DNA of 32,296 nt from an uncultured Fidelibacterota bacterium (lineage in GTDB: Bacteria; Fidelibacterota; Marinisomatia; Marinisomatales; Marinisomataceae): NCBI GenBank assembly GCA_913045065.1, contig CAJWPX010000003.1:1-32296 (forward strand), given 5' to 3'. The notes under the pieces were generated by a model. It was not told the DNA's origin. It saw only the letters and a program-made list of their open reading frames with translations, and did no database searches. Position numbers and translations under genes: made by a program. This document shows, piece by piece, positions 30,344-32,296 of this stretch. How positions within the stretch are numbered: the first letter of the stretch is position 1; every line of letters begins with the position of its first letter.

Positions 30344-30810
30344 ATTTTATTTGCCCCACACCATGCTACTGCTATAGCATCTGATATATCATTACGTTTT
30401 AACATTGTATCATCTAATTTAAAAATTTTTTTAACCATAAATTCAACTTGTTCTTTAGATGCAGCTCCATTTCCAACTATTGATTGCTTAATCTCTCTAG
30501 GAGTATAATCTACCATATCAATATTATATTTCTCAGAAGATAACATAATCGAAGCTTTTGCCTGCCCGAGTTTAATAGCAGATTGAACATTTTTACCATA
30601 AAAAACATTTTCAATAACTACCAAGTTAGGATTAAAATCTTCTAGTAACTTATTTGTTTCTGAGAAAATAGTAAAAAGTCTTTCTGACAACGATTTATTT
30701 CTTTTAGGACTAATCAATCCACACTGAACAAGGTTAATATTATTACCTTCCTTGTTTAGTACTGCATAACCTGTATGACTTAATCCAGGATCGAACCCTA
30801 TAATAACCAT
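30340..30810 (-). CDS. ruvC: Crossover junction endodeoxyribonuclease RuvC
   Basis: IGFDPGL..TGY, IENVF, KLGQA, YTPREIKQ, G.ASKEQV, D.SDAIAVA. Confidence 0.96.
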   Translation of the reverse strand: MVIIGFDPGLSHTGYAVLNKEGNNINLVQCGLISPKRNKSLSERLFTIFSETNKLLEDFNPNLVVIENVFYGKNVQSAIKLGQAKASIMLSSEKYNIDMVDYTPREIKQSIVGNGAASKEQVEFMVKKIFKLDDTMLKRNDISDAIAVAWCGANKI

Positions 30811-31538
30811 TAATTTTTCTCTACCCTATAATTTGAATAAACATTCTGGATATCTTCCAAATCTTCCAAAGAATCAAAAAGTTTCTTAATTGTTAAAAAT
30901 TTTTCTTCTGATACTTCAACAAAGTTTTTCGGTAATAATTCAATAAAAGAAGAGTCGATTTCCAAACCATTTTTTTCAATTAATTCAATTTTTTCATAAA
31001 GCATATCATGATCAAAAAATATCTTAAAATATTTATCCTCTAATTTGAAATCTACCGCGTCCACTTTAACAGATAAATTTAATGCTTCTTCTTCTGTCAT
31101 GTTAGAATCTTCTATTAAAACAATACCTGTTTTGTCAAAATTCCATGCCACACTTCCATTTTGCCCTAAAGACCCTCCAAACTTAGATAAAACATGTCTT
31201 ATTTCTGCTACAGTTCTATTTTTATTATCAGTAATTGTCTCAATAAAAATTGCCACGCCATTTGGACCATAGCCTTCATATGAAACTTCTTCATAAACGA
31301 TATTCTCTAGTTCTCCAGTGCCTTTTTTAATTGCTTTATCAATATTCGCATTTGGCATATTTATTGATTTTGCTTTCTTAATCGCTTGCCTTAATCTTGC
31401 ATTTGTATCAATATCACTTCCAAATAATCTAGCTGAAATAGTAATTTCTCTACCCATAGATGAAAATAATTTTCCTCTTTTTTGATCAAGAGCGCCTTTC
31501 TTTCTCTTGATTGTTGACCATTTACTATGTCCGGACAT
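30810..31538 (-). CDS. yebC: YebC/PmpR (TACO1) family protein
   Basis: MSGHSKWSTIKRKKG, YEGYGPNG, TDNKNRT, LEDLEDIQNVYSN; typical position upstream of ruvC. Confidence 0.96.
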   Translation of the reverse strand: MSGHSKWSTIKRKKGALDQKRGKLFSSMGREITISARLFGSDIDTNARLRQAIKKAKSINMPNANIDKAIKKGTGELENIVYEEVSYEGYGPNGVAIFIETITDNKNRTVAEIRHVLSKFGGSLGQNGSVAWNFDKTGIVLIEDSNMTEEEALNLSVKVDAVDFKLEDKYFKIFFDHDMLYEKIELIEKNGLEIDSSFIELLPKNFVEVSEEKFLTIKKLFDSLEDLEDIQNVYSNYRVEKN

Positions 31539-31957
31539 TAAGAGTCCAACTCAATTAAAGTAGGGATAACCCATGAAGATCTATATCCTAATCGGACAAT
31601 TTTAGTACGATATGACTCAGCTTTTTTTCTACTGGAGAAATTTCCAATTCTTAATTTATAATTTGGTAACTCAAATTGAATATAAATTTTTTCTTTAATA
31701 ACGCTCTCAAGTTTTTCCTTTGCTAAAACCAAATCTTCTTGATTTTCTGAAATCATAACTTGAATTCGGTATCCTTGAACTAAATTTCCAATATTTAGCG
31801 TATCAGAATAATCAATATCTTCATCTTCAACAAAATTAGGAAGCACTACCTCGGGTAATGTTGGTTTTCTATCAACAAAATCTCCTGGAGAAATAAAATC
31901 AGAATCAACTTGACCATACATCATACTTAATAATAATAGGATAATTGTTCTTCTCAT
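31538..31957 (-). CDS. Exported SPOR-domain (peptidoglycan-binding) protein
   Basis: Signal-peptide-like N-terminus; C-terminal GYRIQV...PNYKLRIGNFSSRKKAE...GY..SWV fits the SPOR pattern. Confidence 0.72.
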   Translation of the reverse strand: MRRTIILLLLSMMYGQVDSDFISPGDFVDRKPTLPEVVLPNFVEDEDIDYSDTLNIGNLVQGYRIQVMISENQEDLVLAKEKLESVIKEKIYIQFELPNYKLRIGNFSSRKKAESYRTKIVRLGYRSSWVIPTLIELDS

Positions 31958-31958
31958 A

Positions 31959-32296
31959 TCAATCTAAAGTTCTCACATCTTTAATTTTAATCCAACCTTT
32001 TCTTCCGTCAAGAACAGAAATCTCAATCCATTCGTCAGTACTTTGAGCAACTTTAGTTTTATTGCCTGAAAAAAGAGTGAAAGTTTCTATATTTTCATTA
32101 GCATATGGTGCAGAATAAACATCAGCACTTTCTGATATAATAATTGCAAATTGATTATTTTTAAGCCAAAGAAATTTGTTAATTGACATTATAAGACCCA
32201 CAAAAAACAAAGATAGAAAGATATAGTATATTGATCTATTCAATGGAATAGGTCTAATCCTGGATAATAGAAAAAATATTGATGATAAGAAGATTG
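31959..32296 (-). CDS. BatE-like membrane protein with C-terminal SH3b domain (5' end outside the window)
   Basis: Frame is open to the window edge (IFLSSIFFLLSRIRPIPLNRSIYY...). TM segments are followed by VYSAP...FTL..G.K.KV.....EWIEI...DGRKGWI. Confidence 0.65.
   Translation of the reverse strand, partial: IFLSSIFFLLSRIRPIPLNRSIYYIFLSLFFVGLIMSINKFLWLKNNQFAIIISESADVYSAPYANENIETFTLFSGNKTKVAQSTDEWIEISVLDGRKGWIKIKDVRTLD

Overview
This AT-rich (roughly 30% GC by eye), very compact bacterial core-genome window has every supported gene on the minus strand. In transcription order it carries a tightly overlapping housekeeping run (BatE-like SH3 protein, SPOR protein, yebC, ruvC, ruvA, gcvT, ftsK, lolA-like, gmhB-like, ddl, cysS). 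Next come tRNA-Thr/Tyr/Gly/Thr, tuf, rpmG, tRNA-Trp, secE, nusG, rplKAJL and rpoBC. Last are rpsL, rpsG, fusA and the S10 and spc ribosomal genes up to a truncated rplF. The gene order (fusA fused directly to rpsJ, tuf-rpmG-trnW-secE, ftsK-lolA), the RpoC LTLRTFH trigger loop, clear Shine-Dalgarno sites and streamlining suggest an FCB-superphylum organism, plausibly marine Marinimicrobia (inference only). I see no mobile element, CRISPR array, defence system or novel gene cluster. The best second-look items are a ddl gene that apparently starts at ATT, Zn-ligand loss in S14, L33 and GmhB, a promoter architecture shared by the tRNA-tuf and rpsL operons, no room for the classical ribosomal-protein leader RNAs, and five tRNAs that encode only the first C of CCA.
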